Below, piece by piece: positions 25,819 through 40,219 of a DNA stretch of 64,000 nucleotides. The DNA lies in the NCBI GenBank assembly GCA_039545335.1, contig BCIN01000004.1, forward strand, positions 1,230,925-1,294,924. The letters are read 5' to 3'. Both the position numbers and the translations under genes were made by a program. The notes below the pieces were generated by a model. That model was not told where the DNA came from, did not search any database, and saw only the letters and a program-made list of their open reading frames with translations. Source of the DNA: Kondoa subrosea (Eukaryota). The stretch's first letter is position 1. The number at the start of each line of letters is the position of its first letter.

Positions 25819-27997
25819 ATGCAGCCAGACTATCCCAATACCGCAGAAGGAGCCATGCAATGGGCGAAAGACAACGACCCGGGAAAATTGGGAGACAGAG
25901 AGCAATTCTGGAAGGACTTTCAAAAGAGACTTCGCAATGCAGGTCATCAAGCAGGCGCCGAACTGAAGAAAGCAAAGGTGGGTTCTATCACTTTTAATAA
26001 GGCGCACGATGGACGTCTCTAATAAATTACTGTTTGATAGAAATACTATTGGAATTGCCAAAACGCCTATCAGAAGCAGCAACTTCATGACTTGTCCCCT
26101 TATGCTATCAGCCCGGTAGCAGCAGCTATGAGCTGGGCCAAACGGCAGGACATCTATGGGCCCAGCTTTTACAAAGTTGAAGAGAAATTCTGGATAACAT
26201 TCATGGAGAAACTCAATGGCAATGGCGAAGGCTTCCAGTATGATCTGCTACAAGCAAAGGTAAGTCTTGCCCTCGTCGTACCACATTCGCTCGAAATCGA
26301 TATCACACGGCGATGGCAGTCACTCTTCTATCGTGAGAAGGAGAAGTTTGATCCGCAGGCTGCGCGTCCGACCGGAGAGAGCAGTAATAGGACAGTACCT
26401 CAAGACACAATCCATGCTGTATGTGCAGCTATCGTCACTCTATGCTCTACTTATAAGCGTTCCGATTGGTCTTTAGCCTGCCGGGAACTTACGCCCGACT
26501 GCAACTTCCTACACACAGCCAGCATTCGATGGTTCTGTGCATACTGTAGGTGTAGCTGTCACAGTCAATACTACCGTTCGCTCAAAGGCCGATCTTCAGC
26601 CTTTTGAGCTCACCCACCCACCTGCAAGTCCCTACGGATATGTAAATACTTATGGTCCTCAAGGCTCAGTGCAAGTCGTATGTGTATTTATCATGATACT
26701 CCCGTTCACTCAAAGGCCGATTTCCAGCCTGTTGAGCTCACACAACCACACGCGAGTTCCTATGGACATGGTTCCTATGGGCATACAGTCCCTCACGGTC
26801 CTCATGACCCAATGTACGCTGTACGTGTCTTTATCCTGATTTCGCGCTCCACTTATAAGCGTCCGACCCGGTCTTTTAGCATGCTGGCAATGTAAATCCA
26901 CCTACAGGACAACATGTCGGTCCCGCGTTGCCAGTCACTCCCTGTCACTATTCCGGAAGTCATTTGCTGGCTCATCAATTTCAGGACGCTCTGCGTACTT
27001 TGATACGCATAAATAGAGTGCGTCCCAATGTTGAATTGTATACTACTTAGATTCTGAGTATTAACTACGTAGGCGAATCTTGATGACGCCAAGATTGTGC
27101 AAACCGTCCATGACTTAGCCAGAACCTATCGTGTCACCAATGCCACCTTGCACGGTTCCCAAGTATTTCACTTTACAGAGGCAGACTTGCAGGTGATTTC
27201 GATCTTTATTCCACATTTCCAGGAGCTGAATCGGCGCAGGCATATGGTGCTCATCCAGAGCAGTACCATGATGTCCCGCTCGTCCCGCACTATCCCGTCA
27301 CCAACGAACAAGTCAATGGTGACGTTCACTTCACTGGTAGCTTTGCAAGTGCTCAAGATCACTTTCACTACGAAAGAGCCTATTTGACAGCGGCAGTAGC
27401 AAAATCTATCCAAGATGGCAAACATGTAGGCTGGGCTTATTATATCAATGGTTTCACTAAAATATGTGCTACAGCCTGGTCATATGAGTCAAGACGAGGC
27501 TCACAATTTCTTGCAGCCGCATCTTGACCATATTAAGGAAGTAGCCGGTAACTGTCAGATAAGCAATGAATGGGACAACGGACAGATAGCCTTCAAGCAC
27601 CCAGCTATGATCAAAGACTGGCCACATGACAGACTGGCATACGTTCGCAAACTCATTCCTCAGGAAGTTTGGGGATCTTATACAAATTCCATCAATCCTA
27701 ATCGGAACATGCCCATCCCAGGAACTCAGGTTGGCCATCAATCGACTGCAGCACCAACGTCATCTGACTTTTCAGCAAGCTCATGCACATGTTCCAACAC
27801 CTGCCAATGTCGGCAGAACAGCTGGACCGGCTTCTCCTGTACCGAGACAAGTGTTGAACACTTCTGCTGCTCACAACAATCCTACCCCTTTGGCAAAAGC
27901 GCATCCGGCTCCTGCTGGCAATACTTCGGCCACTGGCTCGTCTGAGAACACCAATGGAAGAGTCCTTCGTAGTGGCAGACGGCTACAAGGCAATTGA
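25819..27997 (+). CDS. Orphan multi-exon protein with internal duplications
   Basis: Exons at 25819-25977, ~26041-26259 and ~26320 onward. Two related N-terminal modules; ends VLRSGRRLQGN*. Middle exons uncertain. Confidence 0.5.
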
Positions 27998-28763
27998 TCG
28001 CTAGAGAGTACACACCTTTTCACTTTTGTATAGCTATGCAATCCACTCCATGTAGATCTCTTATCATTTCCTGCTTGTAATGATTGGCTCGAGCGGCACT
28101 TTAGGTGTTTCAAGCTTTGACTCTCAATCACGTACCGCGATTTTCAGCCAGATGACGAGCAATCAGCCTCCTAGATCATCTAGAGAAGAGTACGCTGTCG
28201 AATTAGCGTCAAGTTGTAGCTCTTGAGCCTGCTTTCAGTGTGATGCAATTCTTATTTGATTCTCTTCCAACCTCAAGCAGCTCAGCAACCTCACCATCGA
28301 GCCTCAACAAGCTTCCCAGCTACTATTCAATGCAGAGGAAGCTCACCCTGTTTTGTATTCCTTTGAAAGTATCATGCAATGTAGCGCACCAATTACTTTG
28401 CGCAACAACACATCACTGAATTGCACACATGGGAAGATCCGCACACACAAGAGACATGAATAGAAGGGACTGAATCAACGGAGACAAAAGGCAATTGCAA
28501 CTGTGCAATAGTGATTTGGTAGATGAATACAGGCGTTTGGAAGATCGGGTAAAGCAGAAACCCAGTGTCCACAAGACTAGCGGTAAGCGCAAAGGAGAAG
28601 CGAAAAGAGAGAGACTATGCCAAGATGTTCCAACAAGGGTTAAAAGGAAGGTAGATCTGGCTCGGGATGCGTCAAATTGCCGAAAAGATGGAGTGCTGTC
28701 CTTGATCCCAATGCTGTCCTATTTGTACATATGATACACAAGTCGTTTTGCTCTTGATCTAAT

Positions 28764-29342
28764 CTAGAAACCTCTTGGATTGATACGCAACTCTTTCGAA
28801 TCAGCTTTCGTGAAATGTGGAATCTAAGAAATTCAACAAGCTCAGTATTCCAGGAAACGCAAGAAGAAGATCAAGGCTACATACTTTATGTATCGACTTT
28901 CTATGCCCTTTTGCTGTTCTCGAGAAAGTAGTGTATTTATCTTTTGACAACATTTGAGCTTCAGTCGGTAAAGCCAATGCTTGATCCTGGAAACGGACAT
29001 CAGTGACGATATTCACTTAAAGCCTGATTGAGAATAGAGAAAACATACTAGAGCTGCACATTGAACACCAGAAGCTTTGATAGTTTGAATGACTGAGTCG
29101 ACCGCTTTGAGCCTATCCCTAACTCTAGCTTTCCTATTGGCTGACATCCTGTTCTCATTCATCAACGAACGATCCAGGTAATGGATGGGTGAAGCAATTA
29201 CCTCCCTGAAATGAAGAGATCAGTCTTAATAAAATCTCAAGACAATCGCGATATAACACATACAAGGATCTTTCCAAAGCAGACCACTCCTACTTAAAGG
29301 CGATACAGCGAATCTACATATCGCAGTAGCATTGAATGACAT
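28764..29342 (-). CDS. MRPL31: Mitochondrial ribosomal protein mL60 (MrpL31)
   Basis: SGLLWKDPW|R|MSANRKARVRDRLKAVDSVI...PTEAQMLSKDKYTTFSRTAKGHRKSIHK|IPHFTK...NPRGF* matches the MrpL31 pattern. Confidence 0.9.
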
Positions 29343-29468
29343 TTTCTCGCTCTGGCTGTTTGTTTCCAAAATGTGTGTGCTTTGTTCCCAAACAGTCGAC
29401 GGTGGATTATACCAAAGGAGATGATATGACCCAAATTATATAATCCGCGAGGTTGAGGCAGCCTAGCC

Positions 29469-32400
29469 ATGGACGGGCAACAGAAATCCAAGAGTAGCAA
29501 GAAACTCATACGCAATGGAATCAAGAAACTCTTACATTCACGTCAACAGCGTAAACAAGTTAGTAGAGCTGCTGCTGCTACGTCTATCGGCACACCATCA
29601 CCATCACAAGCTTCTTCAGTCTCACCAAATCCTGTATTGTTATCGCATTCAACTGGGTCTGAACTTGATCATGGAATACAAGCTTCGACCTTGAGGAATG
29701 AGACTCCTTTGGATCTCATTACAGTCGTTAGGCCATTCATAAAATGTAGGATAGTAACATGGAACAGTTCGTCCCAATCCCATTCACTGCATCCATTATA
29801 ACACACAAAAGCTGAACTTTGAGGGTTTTGATTTGTGAATAGTGCATTCTATGCTACCTACTGGTGATCTAACTGAATTATTGGGTGCAATACCTGAATC
29901 CCTCTACTCCCCTACCACTTCTGCATTAAAAGAAGATGGGATTCCTCAATTACCATTAGATGAAGAACATCCTTATCATTTAGTAGTAGTCGGTTAGTTC
30001 CCTTCTTTGCATCAATATAATTATTGTTGACATGTGTTGATGATGGAAAAATAGGCGGTCAAGAATGTCCTAATGCTCCTTTGTTACACGATTGGACTCA
30101 TGCTCAAAGTTGGACCGATATGTTGGAAGAATGGTTATGTAGAGGTGGTGGTGCTGTTACTGCTGGAAAAAGGAAAGCAAATCAAGGAGTAGGAGATACG
30201 GAAAGTTTGTTACAAACTACTGAAGAAGATGAAGATGGTCAAGAAGATGAGGACGAGGAAGAAATTAGATCAAGAGATTTGGGTCATCTTGACAATACAC
30301 CTATTATTTCGAAAAGGAAAGAAGAGGTTGTTGAGTTGACAGATAAAATCGATAAACGTTCTTCAAAAGATACAATTCTAAGCAAAAGTTCAACAATGGA
30401 AGAAGAACAGAAACATGTTATCGGTCCTTATGTTCTTATAGCAAAAGAAAGGTTGATGGGCATTTATTGCTCAGTCTTCGTCTTGAAGTCTTGTCGACAT
30501 TTAGTTGAAGGCGTATCGAAATCCAAAGTGACGGCTGGCTTGTTGAATGGTAGAGTTGGGAATAAAGGTTGTGTTGGCATCTCGCTCAAGTTTGACAAGT
30601 TTCGCATCCTATTCATTTCTGCTCATTTGGCTGCTCAGTAAGTCCGCTTTTCTTTGGCTAATAGAATCACAAACCAATGATAGCACAGTCAAAATGCTGT
30701 TGCTGTTCGCAAAGCCAATGTTGACAAGATCAAAGAAGAATTGGAGGTCGATACCTTCTTAGAAGATGAAGGAGATCAGCGGACGCCCACAGCAGCTGAT
30801 ACGCGCGAATCGAACCCAATATCTTCAATCGATGTGACGGACAAATTCGACTACACATTCTTCTTTGGAGTGAGTCTCTTCTTATTGTCCGCGGGCATTG
30901 GTGCTAACGCCGAATACAGGATCTCAATTATAGGTTAGACATCTCTCGAATGCATGCAGATTGGCTTCTTCAAACCAAAAAGTAAGCTCTCTATAGGTCA
31001 AACGATCGATTTTCAGGCTCAAGTTTCCACCTTAGCTATTCCACCGCTCTAGGTTTTGATCAGCTCACTCAATTGCTCAAATCCCGCAGCAGCTGCTTTC
31101 GCGGTTTCGTTGAAGCGCCAATCCTCTTCGGTCCAACATACAAATATGATCTGCTCACCTTCAAGTCTCGTCGCAAGACCCGTTCGCTGACTATTCAGAC
31201 CAATCTCAATATCACTGGTAATGGTCCTACTCAAACAATACAAGATGATGCTGCTTCGATTGCTTCGACCGTAGCAACCCTTTCGGCTGAAGATACTGGA
31301 GCACCACCTTCCAAGCAGATTACACCACCTGAAGATCATCTTGCTTCTTCTCCTTCATCTGCTACTTCTGGTTTCTCTTCTCCTCCAGATGTAGATGAAA
31401 CGCTCAAGATTCCTGCCGCAATACAAAAAGCCAAAGTAAAATTTCTCACTAGTCGATCTAAATCAACCATCAACATTCTAGAAACTTTAGCTTTACCTAC
31501 TTCAAGCAAATCACCAATAGAACAACCTACTTCTCCTACTATGCCTAATTCTCCTGGTGGACCATTAGAGAGGAAAGCTTCTTTTGCTGCTCAATTACTA
31601 CGAAGACCGACCTTGAAATCATCCAATTCTGAATCCATCTTACCCAAAGAAGCAAAGGACCCATGTTTTGATACTAGCTCAAAACAACGGGTGCAATCTT
31701 ATACTGATCGAATACTCTATAAGACGACACTCTTCACTTCTCCTCCATCTGGACCCGTTCGGAGAACATCTGGTTTCCTAGAAAGTCTCATGTCCAGAAC
31801 CAAATCGCATTCGCCAAGTGGTTCGGTCGTTTCTACACCTAGATTAGAAAAGAGACAGCATAGAATCAGCTTCGATTCTGGTATTGGACCACAATCAAGG
31901 GAAGGACTTATGCGAAGACAGTCGTCCAATTCTAGAGTGAGATTGCTTGTCCATGAGTAACAACGTCTAGCTTATCTCATATTGCAGCCTTCTTCGCGGC
32001 GCAATTCGGTCGTTGAAGAAACTACAATACCTCTTTCTCGAGCGGATACGGTACCTGTACCACCTTCAGCTATAAGAAGACCTTCTTTACCACATCATGA
32101 ATCCGATCCTAAATTACTATTACGACATGCTACGGAAAATGGTTCTCATCACCATGCTCCAGACCATAGCAGTTTCTTACCTGATCTAGCTCGAACCATC
32201 ACGAGATGGAAGTTTCCACATACGAAAACTCTACCTACTTCCTTGACACAAGAAGATCATCAAGCTCATCAACATGATCGAGCGAGAAGTTGGTGGCAGA
32301 TTTTACATTTACCTTCTTTGTTCACTACTTTAGATGATCACCCAATTCGAGAACTGCAAGTAGAAATACCGAAACCTGTCGCGCAGAAACGCTTTATCGG

Positions 32401-32601
32401 ACCAGTCAGAGGTCAAATTGAACCTTTACTATACAACAGCGTGGATGATCTTCGGAAGATGCAAGCGTGTGTTCTTTCCCTTCAGCCAAGACATCTCAGA
32501 CTGATGAGATTTCTTCTTTTGACAGTACATCGGATCATCGACCTGTCAAAGCTGTTTTCGCTCTCGGAGCATCAACCGATGACCTGGATCTAGCAAACTA
32601 A
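29469..32601 (+). CDS. Inositol polyphosphate 5-phosphatase (Inp54/INPP5-like)
   Basis: IVTWN, VGGQEC, GNKGCVG, FISAHLAA, FFFG|DLNYR, FGPTYKY, SYTDRILY, SDHRPV catalytic motifs. Confidence 0.93.
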
Positions 32602-32774
32602 TCTTTTCTTCTCTTATTTTCGCATGCACGGGTTTGTGGATAGAAAGGACCTTTCACTTTAGAGTTGTAATCGTCTAGTGTAAGATACCCCCTTCGTTTT
32701 CGTCACGATTATTTGCATTTAATATTTAACGACTTCTATCCTGTTACAAGTGATTGGCAATGGTTTGTAACTTG

Positions 32775-35178
32775 TTAGCTGTCGCCGGAGGGAATCTGAG
32801 AGCGCAGCCAATCAACTTCAGTAGGGAATCCTTGAATAGCTTCAAAGAGATCTAACCTGAAATCCCCTAGATATTCAGCAAACCCTCGCAGAACGTCCGA
32901 AGTCCCTTGTCTAAGTGCTAAAGACAGGAATGAGGTCGTCGGGACGACCGAAACAAGGTAGGGGACGAACCAGTAACTAAAGGCTGCACATCGCTCTTTA
33001 CGAGTTTTTGCAGATCTTCTGTCTTTGATTGCATATCGCTCATTTCTGCCATATAGGCTTCAAGAGCAGACAGCATCGTCATAAACGCTTCCATAATCTT
33101 TGGTAATTCTTTCTGGACCAGACCATATTGATCTTCCGCTAACGAATGACATAAAAGGTCGGATAATGCTGCAGATACCAAAGAGTATCAGCTTGTACTT
33201 TGCGACAAGAGATGAGATCAAAACACGGACCTTGAACAGCCCACACATCGATTTCTAGATCAGGTATCGTTCTTCGCACCAAGGTCGATAAAAGGGGTTC
33301 AGTGAGGTAAGAAAGGTATCTCGATTGCTGTACTTGCGCTTTGAGCTTATCAGGCAGCCGAGGTAAGATTACTTCATTGACAACGCGCTCGACGATAGGT
33401 TTGGCATTTATATCTGGTATAGCTGAAGGAATGGGTTGCTTTGACAGAACAGGTGCTTGAGATTGGGAACCCTGACTCCCGCCACCACCGGTACTCGATG
33501 GAGGTACGGAATTGGAACGAAAGATACTAGGTACTGGAGAAGACTGCTGTTGCTGTTGCTGTTGTTGTTGTTGTTGTTGCTGATCTGGTGCTTGAGCCGC
33601 TGCTATCCTACTTCTAGGTTGGGGATCTTGAGGAGTTAAAGCGTACTTGTCAAGGAAAGATGGTTTGGCAGGTTTGACAATACTTCCTTGCGCTATACTG
33701 ATTTGAGGTAATTTCTGTCTTTGCAAACCATTATTGGAATTTGAGGTAGTAGCATTGCTTTGAGGTAGTTTCATTTGACCACGACCTTGAATGAGTCGAT
33801 AAGATCGACCAAGCTTTAGCAGGCAGGTTCGAGAAATGCTTTCGAATGCATGAGGTGTAGCTCGAATATCGTTAAAGATATTCTTTCTTCTGTCCGAGTC
33901 AAAATGAGCGATGTGAGCTAATTCAAGGTACGCCATATGCTGCTTATGACGATCTGTTGATGATAAGCCTTGCAGAAGACTTGTATTGGCTTGAGGTGCA
34001 AGATGAGAAATGATCATAGGCTGGCACATTCATCAGTTCACGTAAAGCGCGCGAGTGACAAAATCATACCTGAGTACAATAAACATCAAATAAGACATTT
34101 ACCAGATCCCAGCTCAATCCCAAAAAGATAGTCATGACAGCGGTGCGAAGAAGAACAGAAAAGGAGATTCCCCAGTGTCGATAAATGCCAGCGAAGTAAG
34201 GCCTAACTTACTCATTAGCGCTGCATTGATCATGTATGGGTAGATGCTGACCTCAAGAAAGTTCTATAGACCAATGCCCTCAGAATTGGACCTTTGAGTG
34301 ATAGCCAAGCTACAGGGAAAGCGAGGTTGCAAGCAAGGAGTAAAGGAACTGTTCTTTCGCTTGATCTTTGCTTCCATGCTTTGAAAACTCGCAAATCCAA
34401 GCTTGTGACTTGGGTTCCAGTAGGAAAGCGCAAAGCTGCTGTTGAATAAAAGGTCTCTTGTGCAGCATATACAATGGAGAAGGTAAAACTGGCCATGGAT
34501 AGATAGACTAGGCGCGAATTGAGTTGCCAAACTTTGCGTCTACGGTGTCACGGTGAGCGTTATATATTGGTATAAAACGATGTAAATTACCCAGAGGAAA
34601 GCGTTACTTCGTTCAATAGACCGAGACGAGGATCTGGAGATGAGCTGATGGACAATTGCCACCAAGCGAAGAAGAGAACAGCAGAAGAAGCCAAATAAGT
34701 AGCACAAAGAATCCCAGTATATCTTGCTGTTGGCAGACTGCTGAACATTGCGAAGCGCGTCGGAAACATGGGAGGTGCCATTTGTCTTGAAAGAAACGTC
34801 TTCCGTAGAGCTACGATCGGCAGCAGGCCACACAGAGCTACTGCAGCCCAAGCTGGTTTTACGGCCAGAACTTGCAGAAGGAAAGACCAGATTGCTGCAT
34901 CTGACTCTCAGTGAAAGCGAATGGGATTGGAATAGGGCACGCACACGAGTCGAAGATCAAGACAGGATGAAAGGTTACAATGCAGAGGATTGCCCAAACA
35001 AAGATTCCAGCTGCACGACAGAGCATTTGCAGTCTCTGCCGCATACGAACCTGATTGACAACATCTGAGCTATTGTTCTAGCACGTCTAGAGCTCAGAGT
35101 ATTCACGTTGACAGCAGCAGCATAAGAAGTTGTATTATTTGTCGGCGCGCTTGTAAAGCTGAATGAGCCAGAAGACAT
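32775..35178 (-). CDS. NDC1: Transmembrane nucleoporin Ndc1
   Basis: Multi-TM N-terminus, AYLELAHIAHFDSDRRKNIF, C-terminal ALSDLLCHSLAEDQYGLVQKELPKIM. Confidence 0.85.
33544..33582 (-). repeat. CAG/CAA microsatellite encoding polyQ in Ndc1
   Basis: (ctg/ttg)n on + strand, about 13 Gln. Confidence 0.9.
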
Positions 35179-36192
35179 GGCTCAGGTATGATTGCAGTGG
35201 GTTATAAGAGCATTCAGGTATGTTTTCAGGCTGCCTGCTCGTGAAGCTCTTTGGTAAACGAACAGTCGACGTTTGCAGAAAGAGCATTGACTATTATAGG
35301 ATTGCCAAGGCGGACGCATGGGTTACTACGATGCTATTCGCATTGCTTAGACGGATTAATCCGAGAGACTTCTTCCCCTATCAATTTTCACACACAGTTC
35401 TTCAGATTGCTTTCGCTGAAGATGTCAACTTAGCCTGCGAAACCAGCTCTGATTATAACGCTACAGCATACATAAAAGCACTGATTCAGACAGAAGCAGT
35501 GCAAGACTAGAAGCTTAGAGGCAGAGAAATGCCAAACCTGAGCTGCAGCTGGACAATGATGCAACTCCAACATCAACAAGCAGACATGACTTTTGGAAAC
35601 CAAAAGGATATGCCTTTGAGATAGCTTGCTGTTATAGGGCAGTCATGCAATCCGGCGAAGCAATCAAATTAAGCCAGATTTACAGAATGCAGTCTTGGAA
35701 ACACTGATTGCAACAGACTGGCATAAGCAGAAGATTCGACAGACAATCCTCTAGCCCTGAAGCCTGTGATTTGCGCGGCAGAGGACAAGGCATCAACATG
35801 AATAGACCCAGAGAACGTTCCAAAGCAGCAATTGATACTTCAATCAAATGCCAAACGGAAGCAATATCTTCAAATGAACATTAAGAAGTATATCTGAGCA
35901 TACGCTAGCATGATCTCGACCGATAGCAGAAAGTGGCAGGGAGAATAAAGCGAAAACACATTTTTGCGCAGTCTTGGATAGGATTAGGTAAGCATTACCG
36001 TTTGGCTAATGGACATCTCTTTGAAGATGCATTTCTGGCGCAGGCATAGGACAGAAGAGCTGTGCAGATCTTTGGCCGGTAAGAAGGTGGTCGAGACACT
36101 CCAAGGGCGGCATAAGAAAAACTGAATTAGTTTTGTTCCTGGCTGAATGACTTGATGACTTAGAGATCTTGTAAGGCTGTCTTGGACCATCC

Positions 36193-39099
36193 ATGCAGAG
36201 TGTCGTTCAGATTCTGCTTGCAATCGCTTGCTTCCTCTCCATCGCCCTCTTCTTGGCTACACCGCTGTTATCTGCCATGCCTTCAAAAGCTTTTAGCCTT
36301 TCATTAGGTCTGCTAGCTACGCAGGTTTCATCTCAATCAATAGATTGGAATGCAACGCCATTCGTTCCTACCGCTATTCCTCTGGCCGTTCGATCGCCTT
36401 ATCTATCAGCATATCTGCCAGCTGGAGCGGACACGCAACAAGGTGATCTAAGTTCACAATGGGCTGTAGGTTTCGTTGCTATTGTACTAAAGCATCTTCT
36501 GACTAATGCAACAGGCGTTCTGGAATGGCAACTATCGTTGGTCGAATCTTGCAAAAAGGTTGATATGAGCTGAGAGATGTTTTCAAGTGCCTTGGTGCGG
36601 CGGAATCCTCGTCGATGGTTCGCCATACACTTTTATGGGCACTCCAGGCGATTGTATACCCGGGAAAGCAACACAATTATCGATGAATGTAAGCGAATAT
36701 CATTGACCTTTGAACTGCTTGCTTATGAAAACTGCGACAGTTCACTAGCTCTCAATCGATATTCATCATGAAAGCTGGTCCAGTAGATGTGACCTTGGAC
36801 TTCCTTTCGCCGATAACACCGAAAGACTTGATGAGGCAGTCTCTCCGTAACTTCTCATGAGCTTCTGCTCACATTCCAAGCTGAATCTCTGTTCTTTAGC
36901 TTACAGTTACCTTTCGATAAGTGTGGCTGCAAACGATGGTGCAAGTCACGATTGCCAGATCTATTCCGACATTGGAGCGGAATGGGTTTCCGGCGCTGAT
37001 CTGACTCAGAACGTTACATGGAACACAACAACTGCTACTTCTGGACTGATAGTACATCAATTGGAACTGTTGGAAGAATATGATTATGCTGAGATTCAAG
37101 ATTATTCAAGAGATGCGACTGTAGTATATGCAACAAATAGCGTAAGTCTCGCACTTGGCATCTTTGTGTTGCTTATTGTACTTTCAAGTCTGATTCTACT
37201 ACATATCGTACTGGAGGAGCTCGAGCAGTCCGGAACAGTTTCGTAGCAGATGGCAAACTCAGCAATGAGCAAGATACTACTTTCAGGGCCATCAACGAGA
37301 ATGAACCGGTCTTTGCTTTCTCTCGAGATCTAGGACAAGTCTCTTCTACTTCTTCTGAACCAATGCTCTTCGTTATTGGCAACTATCATTCTCCTGCAAT
37401 CAGTTGGACAGCAGTTTCGTCCTCAAACCCAAATCGAGAACTATACTTCATGTCACAGTATCCTTCATTGCAATCGTCCTTAGATTTCTTCTATTCCGAT
37501 TACGCTGAAAGCTCGCAAATCAGTAATTCATTCGATCTAGGTGTGCAAGAGGACGCCATGAGCGCAGCTGGATCGAAGTACGCTGCTATATGCGCACTTG
37601 CCGCAAGACAGATATTTGGAGGAATTGAGATTAGCGTTGGGTCAAATGCTCAAGGTGAATACAACACAAGCGATGTGATGGTTTTCATGAAGGTGACCCT
37701 TCTTTGCTCTGCACTGTTAAAGAGCTGACGGTCGGAGTAGGAAATCGCGACGTCAAATTATATTCAAACTCTAGATGTGATCTATCCATCGATACCGTAA
37801 GCTTTCCCGCTAATGTAGCGCATTCGATTAAATAACCATACACCAGGTTCTTCTTATATTACGACGAGGACTTCCTCCGCTATTTGATAGATCCGCTTCT
37901 ACGATATACAGCAACTGGAGCCTATCCAAACAAATGGGCAGCACATGATCTAGGTGTACGTTCCATTTTCTGATCAGCGTCGGATTGGATCTGACGACGC
38001 GCAGCTCGCTTATCCTAACGCTACCGGTCATTCAGATGGAGATGATGGTCCTTACTATATCGAAGAATCAGGTAATGCGTTGATCATGGTCGCTGCCTAC
38101 GCTCGAGCAAGCGGTGATAATACTCAAATCCAACAATATTATAATGTATTGAAGGGTTGGGCTGATTATTTGGTCACTGATAGCTACTACCCGCGAGAAC
38201 AAGGTGAGAACGTTTGTTAATAGCACGAACTCTGGCTTATACACAGAATGTAGCTTCTACCGATGATTTCCAGGTTCGTAGCTCATTCTACAGGATCATA
38301 ATCTTTGGCTTAATAGATTGAACAGGGCCGCTTGCACAACCAAACCAATCTGGTAGCGAAAGGTACAATGGGCTTGAGGTGCATGTCGGATCTAGCAAGT
38401 CGTGCTGGACAAAGCGCAGATGCTACATACTATCTGGTAAGTCATCTTCTTAGGCCAATATAATGTCAACTGACGTGCTTCCGTAGAACACTGCTCAAAA
38501 TTACAGCAATCACTTGATCGCTAAGGGAATGTCAACTGACGGGTCGCATATTAAGATCTCACTTGATGGAGCTGATGACACCTGGTCGACATTATACAAC
38601 CTTTGGCCTGATATACTGCTCAATTATCAGCTGTTCCCTGCTTCTCTCTACGCAACTCAAGCGGCTTGGTATGGCAGTATGGCTTCGCAATATGGTATTC
38701 CGCTCGATAGTCGAGAAGACACAGTCAAATCAGATTGGGAGCTCGTAACTGCTGCTATCTATGCGACATCGAATACTACAGTCCGAGATCTGTTCATCGA
38801 TGGACTTTATAACTATTTGGCTCTGGGCACAATCGCTCAACCGTTTCCTGATGTACGTCCATCCTGTACTAAATGTGACTGAGCTGATATAGTATTGCAG
38901 AATTACCTCATAAAGTAGGCGTTGTGCTTGAGATGGAGATCCCGCTGATTTGTCTTGTAGCGGAACATCGACAACATTTGTCGCTCGACCCGTGGTTGGT
39001 GCTGTCTTTTCTTTACTGGCGCAAAGGTGAACTTCACATAGACTAGAACTGCGTCTGGGCTCTTGCTGACGAAGTTGTAGTAAAATGCCAAAAGCGTAA
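36193..39099 (+). CDS. Secreted glutaminase A (GtaA; DUF5127/DUF4965/DUF1793 family)
   Basis: Signal peptide, PLAVRSPYLS, MK|EI, AHDLG, EESGNALIM, W.DYL, TDDF, YNLWPD, KSDWE, ARPVVG. Start may be the ATG at 36277. Confidence 0.9.
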
Positions 39100-39319
39100 A
39101 AACTCGTTTTCAATGGACAATTGTCGTTATAGCATAGTATAGACATTTGTATATACTGCATTATTAGAGCCTAGTCACATCCTCTGCCTCTCTCTTTGAG
39201 GACATCCGGTGTTCGGGTATAGCCGCTGTAACGATCCCACACGTCACTACTTCCGAATCAGCCTCTTCTTGGTACAACGAGTTCTCTTAAGTCAAATTAA
39301 ACGAACCAATACTACAAAG

Positions 39320-40219
39320 ATGTCTTCCCTTCTCACCACCTCGTAAGATGCTCCCTCTTTTCAAGAATTTGGACTAACTTATTCGTTGGAATTGGCCAGA
39401 GTTAGCAGGCAAGTGTCCTTTCTGTCTACTTCCGCCTGCCTTGCCTTACATTTGCTAACAGCACTCAAATCAACATCCTTTCTCTAACGAGATTGGCCAT
39501 GTAAGCTTACAATCACGGCTTAAGCAATTCGAGCTAATTCGAAAATGGCAGGGGAACTGCTGGATTCCTGTAAGTTAGGCAACCTGGGCTGTAATCGCTT
39601 AGACTCAAGCACGCGATTCTTTTCAGCGCACCAGGTATGATCTGTCCATGCATAGTATAACACAAGTCTGATGGATCCCGCCTGCAGCTTTCTTAACCCA
39701 GCGATTCTTCGGTTTCTCAAACAGAACCACCGCTGGCTCATCTGCCACTGCTTCAACCACCTCCGTTAAGAGCGGATCATCTGAGGAATTGGTATGATCT
39801 TACGCTATACATGTTGTCGCGAACTTATTGGCGATTTAGACCCTTGCCGTCCGTCTTTTCGCCGTCAGAGATCTCGCTATGGGTCTTTTGCTCCGTGACA
39901 CCAACCCGTTAGTCCTATGCTGCATGTTCTTTGAACTACTCTAAAACCTTTGCAGAATGGTTGTTGAGCGCATTGTTCAAATGACCGCTCTTAACGGTCT
40001 TTTCGATATCGCTGCCTGCGTTTTCGGTTTCGTTGAAGGCAACCTTTCACGCGAAGTTGTATGTCATAGTTCTCCCATTGCTGGCTCTGGCTGAGCTCGA
40101 GAATAGGCTTTGGCTGTCGGTGGATTCGCTTCCGTTTCCTCCCTCTTCTCCTAGTACGTTTATTGCTACTACACTCTGCCTTTGGCTGACTTGCCCTTCT
40201 TAGCTACATCCTCCGTTAG
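39320..40219 (+). CDS. Small multi-pass membrane protein (DUF4267-like)
   Basis: Many tiny exons. Spliced segments LAVRLFAVRDLAMGLLL and LFDIAACVFGF resemble the RDLxxG/D motif of small DUF4267-type membrane proteins. Confidence 0.55.

Noticed and set aside
35200..36190. Possible gene between NDC1 and glutaminase A
   Set aside because: Only short ORFs without motifs or a coherent splice model.
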